DNA of 64,000 nucleotides from Longimicrobiales bacterium (GCA_965198065.1 CBDAON010000004.1:1376001-1440000), one strand, 5' to 3'. Positions 1 to 10,773 are shown, counted from the first letter of the stretch. Notes: a model not told the origin generated them from the sequence alone. Program-made: numbers and translations.

Positions 1-118
1 TGGCGATCAGGACGCGCTCCGCCGGGGGCCGGGACCTCCGGGGCTGGCTCTCACTACGAAAGGTGCACCAAGCCGCGCCAGCGGACGCCCTCGAAGCTGC
101 TCTCGGAGCGCCGCTTGA

Positions 119-505
119 AGCAACGGCCGAGGATTCTCAGCGCTCGCCCGCCCCGTAGACTCATCAGAGCCTCGGACCCTGGGCGATTACCTTGAGCTCG
201 CCGGGCACCGTCGCGACCGGAACGCACCCCTGTTCCAGCCTACCCAGGCCCGCTGGGCCGGACAGCCGCTCACAGGCGACGGCATCTACAAACTCGTGCG
301 GAAGTACGCCTCCCTCGCCGCCATCCCCATGGAGCGCATCGTCCACGCCCTCCGGGCCACGGCCGCTACCAACGCCCTCGAGCACGAGGCCGACATCGCA
401 CGCGTCCAGGACTGGCTCGGCCACGCCAATGTGAGCACAACCCGGCTCTATGACCGCCGCGCGCGCCGGCCCGAGGACAGCCCCACGTTCCGGGTTAGCT
501 ACTGA
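119..505 (+). pseudogene. C-terminal fragment of XerC/D-like tyrosine recombinase
   Basis: Open frame 119-505 reads ...APLFQP...[10 protein letters not shown]...[37 protein letters not shown] (HxLR and LGH...Y catalytic boxes). In-frame TGA at 116 and no N-terminal half. Confidence 0.8.
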
Positions 506-647
506 CGAGGGGATTCGCTGTCAGTGATCCTCGAGGCCTAACGGGGCTAGAAGCACCCTTCCCTTTCCCTCCAAGAAATTTCTGTTGCTTCTGGAGCCTA
601 GATGTGACACGCTTGCACGCGTACATGCTTGCAAGTGTGCACACCCA

Positions 648-1440
648 TCGAAGATGGCACCACGCTCCGAGGTGATATCGTGCGACTCGCGAGTCGATTC
701 GGCCGCTACGGCTAGCGACGCGTCACGGACACGCTCCGCATCGAGGGCTGGGGGGTGAAGCACAAGCGGGTGGAGCGGATCTGGAGGCAGGAGGGGCTGA
801 AGGTCCCGGAGCGGCAGCCGAAGCGAGGTCGGCTGTGGCTCAACGACGGATCGTGCATCCGGCTGAGGCCGCTGTATCGGGGCCACGTCTGGTCGTACGA
901 CTTCGTGGCCTCGAGGACGCACGACGGGCGTGCGCTGAAGCTGCTGACAGTGCTGGACGAGCACACGAGGGAGTGCCTGGCGATCGTGGTGGCTCGCAAG
1001 ATCCGCTCGCACGACGTGCTCGAGGTGCTGGACGATCTGTTCGTCCGACACGGGCCTCCCGAGTATCTGAGGTCGGACAACGGACCGGAGTTCACCGCGA
1101 AGCCCGTGCGGCGGTGGTTGGGGCGCGTGGGCGTCGAGACGCTCTTTATCGAGCCGGGCAGCCCGTGGGAGAACGGCTACAACGAGAGCTTCAACGGCAA
1201 GCTCAGGGACGAGCTGTTGAACGGGGAGATCTTCTGCTCGTTGGCGGAGGCGGCCGTGCTGGTCGAGCAATGGAGGCGCGAGTACAATACCGTCCGACCC
1301 CACAGCGCCTGCGGCGGCTTTCCCCCGGCCCCTGAGGCGATTAAGCCGTCGCCCTGGTTCCTGAGGATGCCCGTCCTTCACCGCCCTCCACAGGTGCTGG
1401 GACTAACATAGGTTGTGGTACCGCTCTTCGGGGCAGGTCA
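648..1440 (+). mobile_element. 5'-truncated IS3-family element (OrfB rve DDE at 755-1411) with right IR
   Basis: WSYDF, LRSDNGPEF and PGSPWENGYNESFNG motifs. In-frame TAG at 712 inside RFGRYG*RR. Ends ggtaccgctcttcggggcaggtca at 1440, like the ends at 33656 and 35818. Confidence 0.9.
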
Positions 1441-1499
1441 GGAGACGTACAACCGACCGTCCAAGATGGGATCCTACAGCCGAGGGGAGAGTCGTCTCC

Positions 1500-4121
1500 A
1501 TGCCTACTTCGTCAAGGGGCCTTTGCCTCATCGCTGCTGTCTGTGGCTGCTCCGCGCTGCTGTTACTGCTAGCCGCACCGCCGGCGACCGCCCAGTCGAC
1601 GGGAACCATCAGGGGCACGGTAGTGGACGTGTCCGGCAACGCCTTGCCCGATGTCTTGGTGACCGCAACCGGTTCCGGCGTGGGCGAGGAAGTCGTCACG
1701 GATGCTGAAGGCGCCTACGAATTCCCCGCTCTCGCCGCCGGCGACTATGTCGTAACCGCCACCCTGTTCGGCTATGCGCCCCGGGAGCTTCGGGTCACCG
1801 TCCGCGCGGGTGCAGTCGAAACGGTCCCGATCGTTCTGGAGCCCGCTTTCCAGCTCGATCCAATCAGCGTGGTGGCGGAGGAGCCCACGGTCTTCGCGCG
1901 CAATTTCGTCGCGGAGCCGATGATCAGGCAGCAGTCGAACATGACCTCTGTGACGTCGGTGATCGACAACCTTCCCGGCGTGTCCGTCCAGGAGGGGGAC
2001 GCGTATGCCTTTGACGACTGGTCGAGCAACGTCGCCATGCGCGGGTTCCAGTCGACCATCAACGACGTACAGATCGGCACCACCATCGACGGATTCCCCA
2101 ACGGCACGTCGGATTACTGGAGCGGCGCGAAGGCGAACCGGTTCGTCGACCCGATGAACCTCGGAGGCGTCGAGGTTTCGCAGGGGACCGCCGACATCGC
2201 CTCCCGGTCGGTCGAGGCGCTGGGCGGCACGTTCAATTTCCTGACGGCCGACCCGGCGGTCGAGCGGAGCCACACGGCGTCCGTCACGATCGGCGAGAAC
2301 GAGGGCCAGCGCTTCGCCGCGCGGGTCGAGACCGGATCGTTGTTCGGCGGCACGACGCGGGCCTGGGTAGCCGCGATCCGGCAGGAGGCGACCGACTGGA
2401 TGGAGGGCTCCGCAAGGAACGAGCGGGAGCACCTCGCCGCCAAGATCGTGTTTTCGCACGGACCTCTCGATCTCACCGGCTACATCTCGCACGACGACAT
2501 CCACGAGGATGTCTACCAAAGGCTCAACGGCGAGGCGGACTTCAGGGCCGACCCGCGCTGGGACCGGCTGATCGGCCACTGGCCCGGCGTGCCCTACCTG
2601 AACCAGTTCTACCGCCCCGGCTGGCAGACACGGCGCAAGAACACGCTCGCCTACATCAAGGCCGATTGGTCCCTCAGCGAGTTGATCTCCCTGAGCGCGG
2701 GCGCGTACCATCATGACAACCGGGGCCGTGGCGACTGGTTGCCCCCCTACATCGTGGACGTGGTGGACGACGGGAATCGGCCGGAGTCGGAGCTAGCGGG
2801 CCTCGCGCCGGTGCGGGGCGGCACGCAGCTCGGGGTAGTCCGCTTCGTGGACGGCAATGGCGTCGCCGTCGGACCGGTGCCGGGATGCACGTCGTCCTAC
2901 ATCTTCAACTACTACGGGTCGGGCGACCCGGAGGTCGACCCGGCGTGCCACCCCGGGGCGACCGCGGTTCAGTCGTACCGTCACAGCCATTACGGGAAGA
3001 ATCGCCTCGGCGCGAACATCGACGCAGAGTGGTCCGTTCCGTTCGGCGGGGGAGGGGGCAGCGCACTGCGCGCGGGCATCTGGTACGAGGACTCGCGGCG
3101 CGACCTCGGCCGGGACTGGCACCGGATGCTGGACCCTGCGCTCAACTTCAAGTGGGACGAGCAGGCCTATTGGCACCAGTACGAGTGGGACTTTCCGCAG
3201 GACGTCTTTAAGTGGTACGTGGAGGAGACGCTGTACTTCGGCCCGTTCGAATTGGCCGGCGGCGTCAAGCAGTACCTTGTCTCCGTGTCGCGCGAGGACC
3301 AGTTCGGCATTGATCGGGACCTTGGTGTCGATTCCGATTCGGAGCTGCTCTTCTCCGGCGGCGTCACCTACGAGACGCCGGTCGAGGGCCTCGACCTGTT
3401 CGCGGGCTACGCCGAGAACTTCAGGGCGATCAGCAGCACGTTGCTCGAGGCCCCGAGCCGCAGTTTGGACCTTCTCGAGCCCGAGACCGCGTCGAACATC
3501 GATGTCGGGGTTCAATACTCCGGCGAGCGGCTCACCTTGAGCGCCACCCTGTATTCCATCGATTTTGACAACCGGATCTTCTACCTTGGCCCGCAGACGT
3601 CCGCAGGACCCAACTACCTCATCCCCGGAGGAGGGGCCTACTTCAACGCGGGCGGCATCGAAACGAGTGGTGTCGAGTTGGCCGCCACGGTGGCGATGCC
3701 GGGTCGGACATCGCTCTACACCGCTCTCACGCTCAACGACTCTAAATACGTCGGGACCGACGATCCGCTCGTTGACGCCAGCCAGGGCATTGTCCCGGGT
3801 ACCGACGTTACGGGCGTGCCGCCTCGGCTGTGGGTGGTGTCCCTCGACCGCACCGGACCCCTGGGTGGCGGGCTGTCTGCGAAACACACGGCATCGCGCC
3901 GCGTCAGTCTGACGGCGGACTGGTACACCGACGCCTACTGGGTGGTAGACGCCTACGTCAGCTTCAGCGGCGAAGCGTTGAGCGATCTGTTCCGGGCGAC
4001 GGAGTTCTCGATCGTGGCGAACAACGTACTCGACAGCCCCTATCTGTCCGCGATCACCGAGAACGCGGCCTGGCTGGGCGCACCCCGGACGATATCCATG
4101 ACCGCGACCGTCTCCTTCTGA
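1500..4121 (+). CDS. TonB-dependent outer membrane receptor with N-terminal carboxypeptidase-regulatory-like domain
   Basis: Signal peptide, GTIRGTVVD..GNALP, plug (LPGVSV..MRGF..IDG), LEPETASNIDVG, NNVLDSPY...GAPRTISMTATVSF with terminal Phe. ATG 1500 preferred because 1413 lies within the IS end. Confidence 0.9.
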   Translation: MPTSSRGLCLIAAVCGCSALLLLLAAPPATAQSTGTIRGTVVDVSGNALPDVLVTATGSGVGEEVVTDAEGAYEFPALAAGDYVVTATLFGYAPRELRVTVRAGAVETVPIVLEPAFQLDPISVVAEEPTVFARNFVAEPMIRQQSNMTSVTSVIDNLPGVSVQEGDAYAFDDWSSNVAMRGFQSTINDVQIGTTIDGFPNGTSDYWSGAKANRFVDPMNLGGVEVSQGTADIASRSVEALGGTFNFLTADPAVERSHTASVTIGENEGQRFAARVETGSLFGGTTRAWVAAIRQEATDWMEGSARNEREHLAAKIVFSHGPLDLTGYISHDDIHEDVYQRLNGEADFRADPRWDRLIGHWPGVPYLNQFYRPGWQTRRKNTLAYIKADWSLSELISLSAGAYHHDNRGRGDWLPPYIVDVVDDGNRPESELAGLAPVRGGTQLGVVRFVDGNGVAVGPVPGCTSSYIFNYYGSGDPEVDPACHPGATAVQSYRHSHYGKNRLGANIDAEWSVPFGGGGGSALRAGIWYEDSRRDLGRDWHRMLDPALNFKWDEQAYWHQYEWDFPQDVFKWYVEETLYFGPFELAGGVKQYLVSVSREDQFGIDRDLGVDSDSELLFSGGVTYETPVEGLDLFAGYAENFRAISSTLLEAPSRSLDLLEPETASNIDVGVQYSGERLTLSATLYSIDFDNRIFYLGPQTSAGPNYLIPGGGAYFNAGGIETSGVELAATVAMPGRTSLYTALTLNDSKYVGTDDPLVDASQGIVPGTDVTGVPPRLWVVSLDRTGPLGGGLSAKHTASRRVSLTADWYTDAYWVVDAYVSFSGEALSDLFRATEFSIVANNVLDSPYLSAITENAAWLGAPRTISMTATVSF

Positions 4122-4344
4122 CGGACCACAAGGACGCCCCCTTCCCGTGATGGTTTTCAGCCGTTGCCCGGCGTGGGCGCTGGCAGAGCGATGGCGGTGG
4201 GCACGCGCCAACGGATACGGTCTCCCGATTCGATCGCTCAACCAAGCCCTGCGCTGGAAGGGCGCGGGACCTGCCCTGCCGTGGAGTCTTGAGCGACTTG
4301 CATATGCTGGCGCCTACGAGGCGGCGGCCCGCTGACGAAACCCT

Positions 4345-5952
4345 GTGACCGAGATCGCGAAGACCGACTACAAGCTGGGTCAGGACAACGTCCAGGTTCT
4401 TGGCCTCGACATCCACAATCCGGTCTTCGTCGTCTCCAGCCTCGCCATCATCGCGTTCGTCGCTGGGGTACTGGCATTCCAGGCTGGGGCGACGACGGCA
4501 TTTGGAGCGCTGCGCGCGTGGCTCCTGCCGACGTTCGACTGGGTGTTCATGGGCGCGGGCAATTTATTCGTACTCTTCTGTCTGCTTCTGGTGGCGACGC
4601 CGCTTGGCCGCGTTCGCCTGGGCGGCGTGGATGCCCGGCCGGACTATTCTCGATCGACTTGGTTCGCGATGCTGTTCGCCGCCGGGGTGGGCATCGGCCT
4701 GATGTTCTTTGGGGTGTCGGAGCCGGTGGAGCATTTTCTGCAACCGCCGCTCGGGCTCGAGGCAGTCGACACGGTGGCAGCGCGCCTCGGCATGGCCAGC
4801 GCAATCTACCACTGGGGCATCCATGGGTGGGCCATCTACGCGGTGGCAGCGCTGTCAATCGCCTTCGCGTCGTACAACCTTGGGCTGCCGATGACGCTCC
4901 GGTCAGCGTTCTATCCGCTCCTGGGGGAGGCGGTGTGGGGCCGGTTCGGCCACGCCATCGACATTCTCGCCGTCTTCGCCACGCTCTTCGGGCTGGCCAC
5001 CTCGCTCGGCCTGGGCGCTCAACAATTGGCGGCGGGGCTGGCCCACCTGTGGGGCACGCCGACGACCGACATCGCCCAGGTCCTGCTGATCGCCGGCATC
5101 ACGTGCTTGGCGTTGACGTCGGTCATCAGCGGGATGGAGAAGGGGGTCAAGCGGCTGAGCCAAGCCAACCTGTGGATCGCCGTACTGCTGCTGGCGTTCG
5201 TGCTGACGGTCGGCCCGACGCTCGACATCGCCACTCGCACCGTGACCAGCCTCGGCCAATATCTCGCAGCAATCGGACCGCTCAGCAACTGGCTGGGCCG
5301 CGAGGACCTCCACTTTATGCACGGCTGGACGATCTTCTACTGGGCCTGGTGGATTTCGTGGTCCCCTTTCGTTGGCTTGTTCATCGCCCGAGTCTCGCGC
5401 GGCCGGACAGTGCGCGAGCTGATCGCCTGCATGCTGATCATCCCGACGCTGACTATCGCGATCTGGATGAACGCCTTCGGCGGGACTGCGGTATCGCAAT
5501 ACGTCGACCGCGGTCATCTCGACGTGATCGCGGCCGTGCAGGCGCAGCAACCGGAGATCGCCCTGTTCGCGCTGCTGGAGACGCTGCCGCTTGCGAACGT
5601 CACGTCGTTCATCGGCCTCGTGCTTATCGTGGTGTTCTTCGTCACCTCCTCCGACTCCGGATCGCTGGTTATCGACACTATCACGGCCGGCGGCAAGCTG
5701 GACGCGCCGGTCGCCCAGCGCGTGTTCTGGTGCGTCTTGGAGGGGCTGGTCACCGTCGCACTGCTGCTCGGCGGCGGCCTCGTGGCCGCACAGGCGGCCA
5801 TAACCGCCGCCGGATTGCCTTTCGCGCTGATGCTGATCGCCCTGTGCTACAGCACCTGGAAGGGGCTACGCGCGACACAAACAGGCCGGGCCAGTTCACC
5901 CGCCACAGGCAGCCACAACGATCGCGTGGGAAATGACCCCGGATTTTCTTAA
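4345..5952 (+). CDS. BCCT-family (betaine/choline/carnitine) transporter
   Basis: WFAMLFAAGVGIGLMF, WTIFYWAWWISWSPFVGLFIARVSRGRTVRE and FFVTSSDSGS signatures. Confidence 0.95.
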   Translation: MTEIAKTDYKLGQDNVQVLGLDIHNPVFVVSSLAIIAFVAGVLAFQAGATTAFGALRAWLLPTFDWVFMGAGNLFVLFCLLLVATPLGRVRLGGVDARPDYSRSTWFAMLFAAGVGIGLMFFGVSEPVEHFLQPPLGLEAVDTVAARLGMASAIYHWGIHGWAIYAVAALSIAFASYNLGLPMTLRSAFYPLLGEAVWGRFGHAIDILAVFATLFGLATSLGLGAQQLAAGLAHLWGTPTTDIAQVLLIAGITCLALTSVISGMEKGVKRLSQANLWIAVLLLAFVLTVGPTLDIATRTVTSLGQYLAAIGPLSNWLGREDLHFMHGWTIFYWAWWISWSPFVGLFIARVSRGRTVRELIACMLIIPTLTIAIWMNAFGGTAVSQYVDRGHLDVIAAVQAQQPEIALFALLETLPLANVTSFIGLVLIVVFFVTSSDSGSLVIDTITAGGKLDAPVAQRVFWCVLEGLVTVALLLGGGLVAAQAAITAAGLPFALMLIALCYSTWKGLRATQTGRASSPATGSHNDRVGNDPGFS

Positions 5953-5969
5953 AGATTTCAGAAAGTCGC

Positions 5970-7271
5970 ATGAGGAACATACCGGATACGCATTGGAAGG
6001 AACTGCTGGCTGCAGACCGCGCGCAGGTCTGGCATCCCTACTCGGCGATGCCGGGGAAAACCCCTGTGTTTCCTATTGTTTCCGCCGAAGGCGTTCGGCT
6101 GCGCCTCGCCGACGGAAAAGAACTCATCGACGGCATGTCGTCCTGGTGGTGCGCCATCCATGGCTACAATCATCCTGTCCTGAATCGAGTCATCGAAGAC
6201 CAACTTGTCTACATGTCCCACGTCATGTTCGGCGGGCTCACACACGAACCCGGGATCCGGCTGGCCGAAAGACTCATCCAGATAACACCCCCAGGGCTCA
6301 ATGCCGTCTTCTTTTCGGATTCCGGTTCGGTGGCTGTCGAAGTTGCTATGAAAATGGCGATCCAGTATCAAGCCGCGCGTGGAAAACCTGGCAAACAGAA
6401 GATGGTAGCCCTACGCGGTGCGTATCACGGCGATACGCTGGGCGCCATGGCGGTGTGCGATCCCGTGACGAGCATGCACCAACTCTTCACCGGTGTCCTC
6501 ACGCCGCACTTCTTTGCTGAACGTCCGCGCGTTCGCTTCGGCGAAGAGTGGCAGTCCGATGACGTGACCCCGCTTGCGGAGGTATTGGAGAGCCATTCTG
6601 GCGAGATTGCCGCCGTGATACTGGAGCCTGTTGTCCAGGGGGCGGGTGGAATGTGGTTTTACCATCCCGAGTACCTACGCGCGGTACGTCGGCTTTGCGA
6701 CACACATGACGTACTGCTGATCGCGGATGAAATTGCCACTGGATTCGGCCGTAGCGGCAAGCTCTTCGCGTGTGAGCATGCCGGTATCAGTCCCGACATC
6801 CTCTGCCTTGGAAAGGCGTTGACGGGAGGATACATGACTCTGGCGGGGACTCTCGCCACGACGGCCTTGAGTGAAGCGATCTCCGAAGGCGACGGTGCGT
6901 TCATGCATGGCCCGACGTTCATGGCCAATCCGTTGGCCTGCGCCGTAGCGGGCGCGAGCATTGAGTTACTCTTGTCGTCGGACTGGGGATCCACCGTCGC
7001 CCGAATCGAGCAACAACTGGCCTCCGGACTCGAATCCTGCCGCGACTTCGAACAAGTCGCCGACGTTCGCGTGTTGGGTGCGATCGGCGTCGTCGAACTC
7101 GAAGAACCTGTGGACATGCAGGTCATGCTGCACGAGTTCGTCGGGCGCGGTGTCTGGGTCAGGCCGTTCAAGAATCTTGTCTACGTAATGCCGCCTTTTG
7201 TCATTAGTCCTGACGACCTGGCATGTGTCACAGAGGCGATCGTGGAGGTGGTAGCTGGACTGGCGGGGTAG
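5970..7271 (+). CDS. bioA: Adenosylmethionine-8-amino-7-oxononanoate aminotransferase
   Basis: WHPYS, DGMSSWW..HGYNHP, DSGSVAVEVAMK, YHGDT, LIADEIATGFGR, LGKALTGGY, HGPTFMANPLA. Confidence 0.95.
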   Translation: MRNIPDTHWKELLAADRAQVWHPYSAMPGKTPVFPIVSAEGVRLRLADGKELIDGMSSWWCAIHGYNHPVLNRVIEDQLVYMSHVMFGGLTHEPGIRLAERLIQITPPGLNAVFFSDSGSVAVEVAMKMAIQYQAARGKPGKQKMVALRGAYHGDTLGAMAVCDPVTSMHQLFTGVLTPHFFAERPRVRFGEEWQSDDVTPLAEVLESHSGEIAAVILEPVVQGAGGMWFYHPEYLRAVRRLCDTHDVLLIADEIATGFGRSGKLFACEHAGISPDILCLGKALTGGYMTLAGTLATTALSEAISEGDGAFMHGPTFMANPLACAVAGASIELLLSSDWGSTVARIEQQLASGLESCRDFEQVADVRVLGAIGVVELEEPVDMQVMLHEFVGRGVWVRPFKNLVYVMPPFVISPDDLACVTEAIVEVVAGLAG

Positions 7272-7687
7272 AGCGAACCCGATGGTGTCGTGCGCTGGCC
7301 CCAAGATATCGTCATTTGACGATGTGGGTTAGTGCAGCTGATCCGGGAGTTAGTCAGTTTTTGCACCGCTCCAATGGAGATATTGTTGTCGACGCGATCG
7401 GGTTCGTGGTGCGGGCGACACTCAAGGAGCACACGGGGTCGCCGGTTGTCGAGACGTTGCGGTGTTCACCGGGGGCGTGGTACGCGGCCGCGAGACGGGC
7501 GCAAGGGGGTGTCGGGCACAATCAGGACCGCCGTGAAGCCGCCTCGAAAGGATCCGGTTTCGACTGTGCGGGCGGCGCGGCGTCTGCGGTCGGGCCGGAA
7601 GCCCTGCATGCCGTTGCGAAGATTCGAACACTGCCGGACGGCGCCGGTCGTCTGGCTCGTAGAAGGCTCGGAGAGGAGACCGCTCGC

Positions 7688-7993
7688 ATGAAAGCCATAA
7701 CATTGGACGCCTGTAACTATGGCCGGCGCGCCATCGCTGTCGTGCTGTTGTCGTTGTCGGTCGCAGTAACGACGACAGCCCAGACAACTGGCTCGATCGA
7801 CAGTGCCGTCGTCGACGCAAACGGCAACCCGCTGCCCGGTGTGGTGGTGACGGTGGCCGGCCCCGCCGTGCGGCAGGAGCACGTGACCGGTGTGGACGGC
7901 GCCTATACGGCCGCCGGGCTGGCGGCGGGCGACTATGTCATCACGGCTGGTTCTGCCGGATTTCGAGACCGCGGAAGCCCCGGTCTCCGTCCC
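7688..7993 (+). pseudogene. N-terminal fragment of a second TonB-dependent receptor, cut by an IS end
   Basis: AGGAG RBS, signal peptide, AQTTGSI..VVDANGNPLPGV..GAYTAAGLAAGDYVITA paralogous to the 1500 gene. Frameshift near 7950, then IS IR. Confidence 0.75.
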
Positions 7994-8002
7994 TGACCTG
8001 CC

Positions 8003-8116
8003 TGACCTGCCCCCAAGAGCGGTACCATATCCTATGTTAGTCCCAGCTACCTGTGGAGGGCCGTGAAGGACGGGCATCCTCAGGAACCAGGGCGACGGCT
8101 TAATCGCCTCAGGGGC
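8003..8116 (-). mobile_element. Solo right end of the same IS3 as 648-1440, inverted
   Basis: Reverse complement closely matches ~1328-1440 (APEAIKPSPWFLRMPVLH + IR tgacctgcccccaagagcggtacc). tgacctgcc is duplicated at 7994-8011. Confidence 0.85.
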
Positions 8117-8525
8117 GCTGGACAGGTCCGATGCCCTGCTCGATGCGCCCCAGTTGATTGCACGATCGAGCATCCGGGAGCTGGCCCAAGGGTCGGCACT
8201 CTCGTTCCCGGAGCTGCTCCGGGACGGCCCATCGCTCGGGGGGCTGCTTCAGGACGAGGGCGTTCGTTCTGTACCGAGCCCCAGCGATCCCTCACCGGGC
8301 GCCACCGCATACTTCCGAGGTGGATACAACACGCGCGAGTACGGCTCCAGATCCAGCGGGGAAATCATCAGCGGGGTTCAGATCGAACACCATTCTCCGG
8401 GCCTCCGGGATACGAAGGCGAATCGACGCGCATACGCGGCAAAGCTGGCGCGGGTCATTCGCCGCTTCATGCGGACGCAATACGGATTCTTCGAGCCTGC
8501 CGGCTTCCAACGTCAGGGCCCATGA
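8117..8525 (+). pseudogene. C-terminal fragment of a hydrolase (N-formylglutamate amidohydrolase-like)
   Basis: SLGGLL...VPSPSDPSPG..YFRGGYNTREYGS...GVQIEH...GLRDT motif run. 5' part replaced by the IS fragment. Confidence 0.5.
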
Positions 8526-8978
8526 CGAAAGAGCCCTGACCGTCGGCATCCAGAACGGGGCCTCGACGACCTGGGAGATCGGCCATCCACGGATCGACCG
8601 CCGTCTCTTCCCGTCGTTCTGCAGGGTGAACGTCGTTTGGAAGCCGGGGGAGCCTCGGCCTCTGCGCTCTGCCCACGTCGTGAGGATCGACTCGCGGCGG
8701 CCCGAGCCCACGCCTTCGGTCAGCGCGCCAGCCGCACGCGAGATCGACTGGAGCACGCCCGTGCGATCGAACGTGGACCATCCTCGCGGCAGGGATAGGC
8801 TGTCGAGCCGGTTTGACGTGGCATTCGGTATTCTCCGAGAGTCCGTCAGATGCATACGGGGAGCACATCGTATCTGCCTGTCGTTTCGGGACTCCGGACC
8901 GCTGCAACGCGACTTGAAAGTCGGTGGACCATTTCACCGTCGGGCGAACAAGGAGGGTGGCACCAAGAGTGAGTCAGG

Positions 8979-9548
8979 TCACTCGTCTATACGCCCGAGC
9001 AGCAGCCAGCCCAGCTCGACGACCGCCTCCGGCAGACCACAGTCCCCGTCCTCGAGCACCCAGGCCAGTTGCCCGATCCGGGCCCTGCCCTGCGGAGCAA
9101 CCACGCCGTACTCGGCCAGGTGACCCCGAAGCGCATTGATGGTCTGCGTGCGCTGGCGCACCAGCAGGTCACGCGTGCGGAAGAGCATCCCCTGCGCCTG
9201 CTGCGCTTCGGTCTTGACCGCCACGAAGTGCATGGTCGGACGCTGCGCTGCTTCCGTGATCGCCTCCGCGTCCGCCGCGTCGTTCTTCTGCCTCTTGACG
9301 AAGGGCTTCACGTAGATCGGGGGAACCAGCTTCACCTCGTGACCGAGGGCCACGATCTCCCGGCCCCAGTAGTGGGCGCCGGCGCACGCCTCCATCGCCA
9401 CCGTGCAAGGCGGCTGCGCGGCGAGAAAACTCAGCAGCTTCCCGCGGCTCAGCTTCCTGCGGTACGCTACCGACCCGTTCGCCTTCTCCCCGTGTACCTG
9501 AAAGCTGCGCTTTGCCAGATCGATCCCGATGATGCTAACCTCCTCCAT
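8979..9548 (-). pseudogene. IS110-family (IS1111-type) transposase, N-terminal RuvC-like DEDD half only
   Basis: IIGIDLAK, AMEAC, VKPFVKRQKNDAADAEAI, QTINALRGHLAEYG. Stops at 8979, C-terminal Tnp20 domain missing. GGAGG RBS upstream. Confidence 0.9.
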
Positions 9549-9705
9549 TGGATGCCCTCCTCCCTCAGATGGTCGATATCGCTCAGTACCATCTTGGCAC
9601 ATTGCGATGCCGCCGGGAGGGGGCGTCCACTCCATCGGGTATGACTGGCAGGCATCTCGAACCCGGATCAAGGACCAGTTGTTTGGGGTCAGCACCGGTC
9701 CATTC

Positions 9706-10539
9706 GGATGTGTTGCAACTTTCAAGAATCAGCAAGAGAGCGACTGGTTGGGTCGACCAGGCTCCGTCTTATGCAGCCACTTCGAACAGCTTGTTGATGA
9801 ACTGAATCTGTTGCCGAACATCCGAACCGCTCACCCACCTCGCCTGACCCTTCCGGATCATGTGAATTGCCTCATATCCTTGGATCGTTCGCCGTGCCGC
9901 GTGAAATTCACGAAAGCCCTGCTTGGCCTTCACGCGTCGTTTGATCGCTCGATGATCCTGCTCCAGGATGTTGTTCAAGTATTGGATCGGCCGGTGACGG
10001 CAACGGTGTCGCAGGATTCCTTCCTGCTTCACTCCTGAAATCGCCGTGCCATAGAGGCGTGCTTTGGTCCGTATTGATAACCCGGGGCTGCCGATGCGAC
10101 GGATTCGTCAGCGCCTTGCGGAACAGGCGTTTGGCCGTAGCGGCATCGCGCAACATCGAGAGCACGAAGTCGATCGTGGCGCCGGTGGAATCGATGGCTC
10201 GGTAGAGGTAGCACTAACGGCCCTTGACACGAACGTAGGTCTCATCGACGCGTCAGGACCTGTTGGTTGGCTTGAGATGACGGCGCAGCCGCGCCTCCAG
10301 TTCGGGACCGTAGAGAGCTGGACCCAGCGCCAGATTGTCGTGTGGTCCGCCTCCAGGCCGCGCTCGCTGAACAGCTCTTCGACATCGCGGAACGAGAGCG
10401 AGTACCGAAGGTACCAGCGCACGGCGCAAAGAATCAGCTCGGGCTCGGTTTGTCGCCACTTGAAGATCGCCGGTCGGATTGTCTTTTTCATGAACTCTTC
10501 AGGTTACCAGCCGCTGTCCGCCAAAGTTGCAACACAACC
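9706..10539 (-). mobile_element. IS6-family element, frameshifted transposase (9769-10491)
   Basis: IRs GGATGTGTTGCAACTTT / GGTTGTGTTGCAACTTT; VRWYLRYSLSFRDVEE...DHTTIWRWVQ and YLNNILEQDHRAIK motifs split over several frames. Confidence 0.92.
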
Positions 10540-10773
10540 CTTCGAAGTGCAGTTCCGACTCCGTCGTCTCGCTGCCCTCAACTAAATCCATCGCTTTCAA
10601 GCTTGTACCACAGATCGAAAGGAGTTAAGTGTCAGGTGAGGAATCCGTGGGAAAAGCCCGCATTAGAACCGAGCAGTGCAACGATCCGGACGACCGCCCT
10701 TGACATCGGTCAGCCGGTGGGTCATTCCCCGTAATCAAAATTGCGCGCTATGCGGCCTATCAGAAGAAGCACG

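Noticed and set aside
2793..4241. Long antisense or alternate-frame ORFs (also 1569-2714, 4518-5936, 37923-39182, 57437-59347, 60487-62127)
   Set aside because: Shadow ORFs of well-supported genes in high-GC DNA, with Arg/Pro/Gly-rich nonsense composition.
7272..7687. Cobalamin or other riboswitch before the second TBDR
   Set aside because: No recognisable B12 box or TPP/SAM consensus; cmscan would be needed.
8158..9123. 321-aa ORF and the overlapping 8292-8855 ORF
   Set aside because: They cross several fragment junctions and show no recognisable motif.
9549..9645. Bridge/seek RNA upstream of the IS110-family transposase
   Set aside because: The upstream region is short, and IS1111-type elements carry the non-coding guide downstream of the transposase, which is deleted here.
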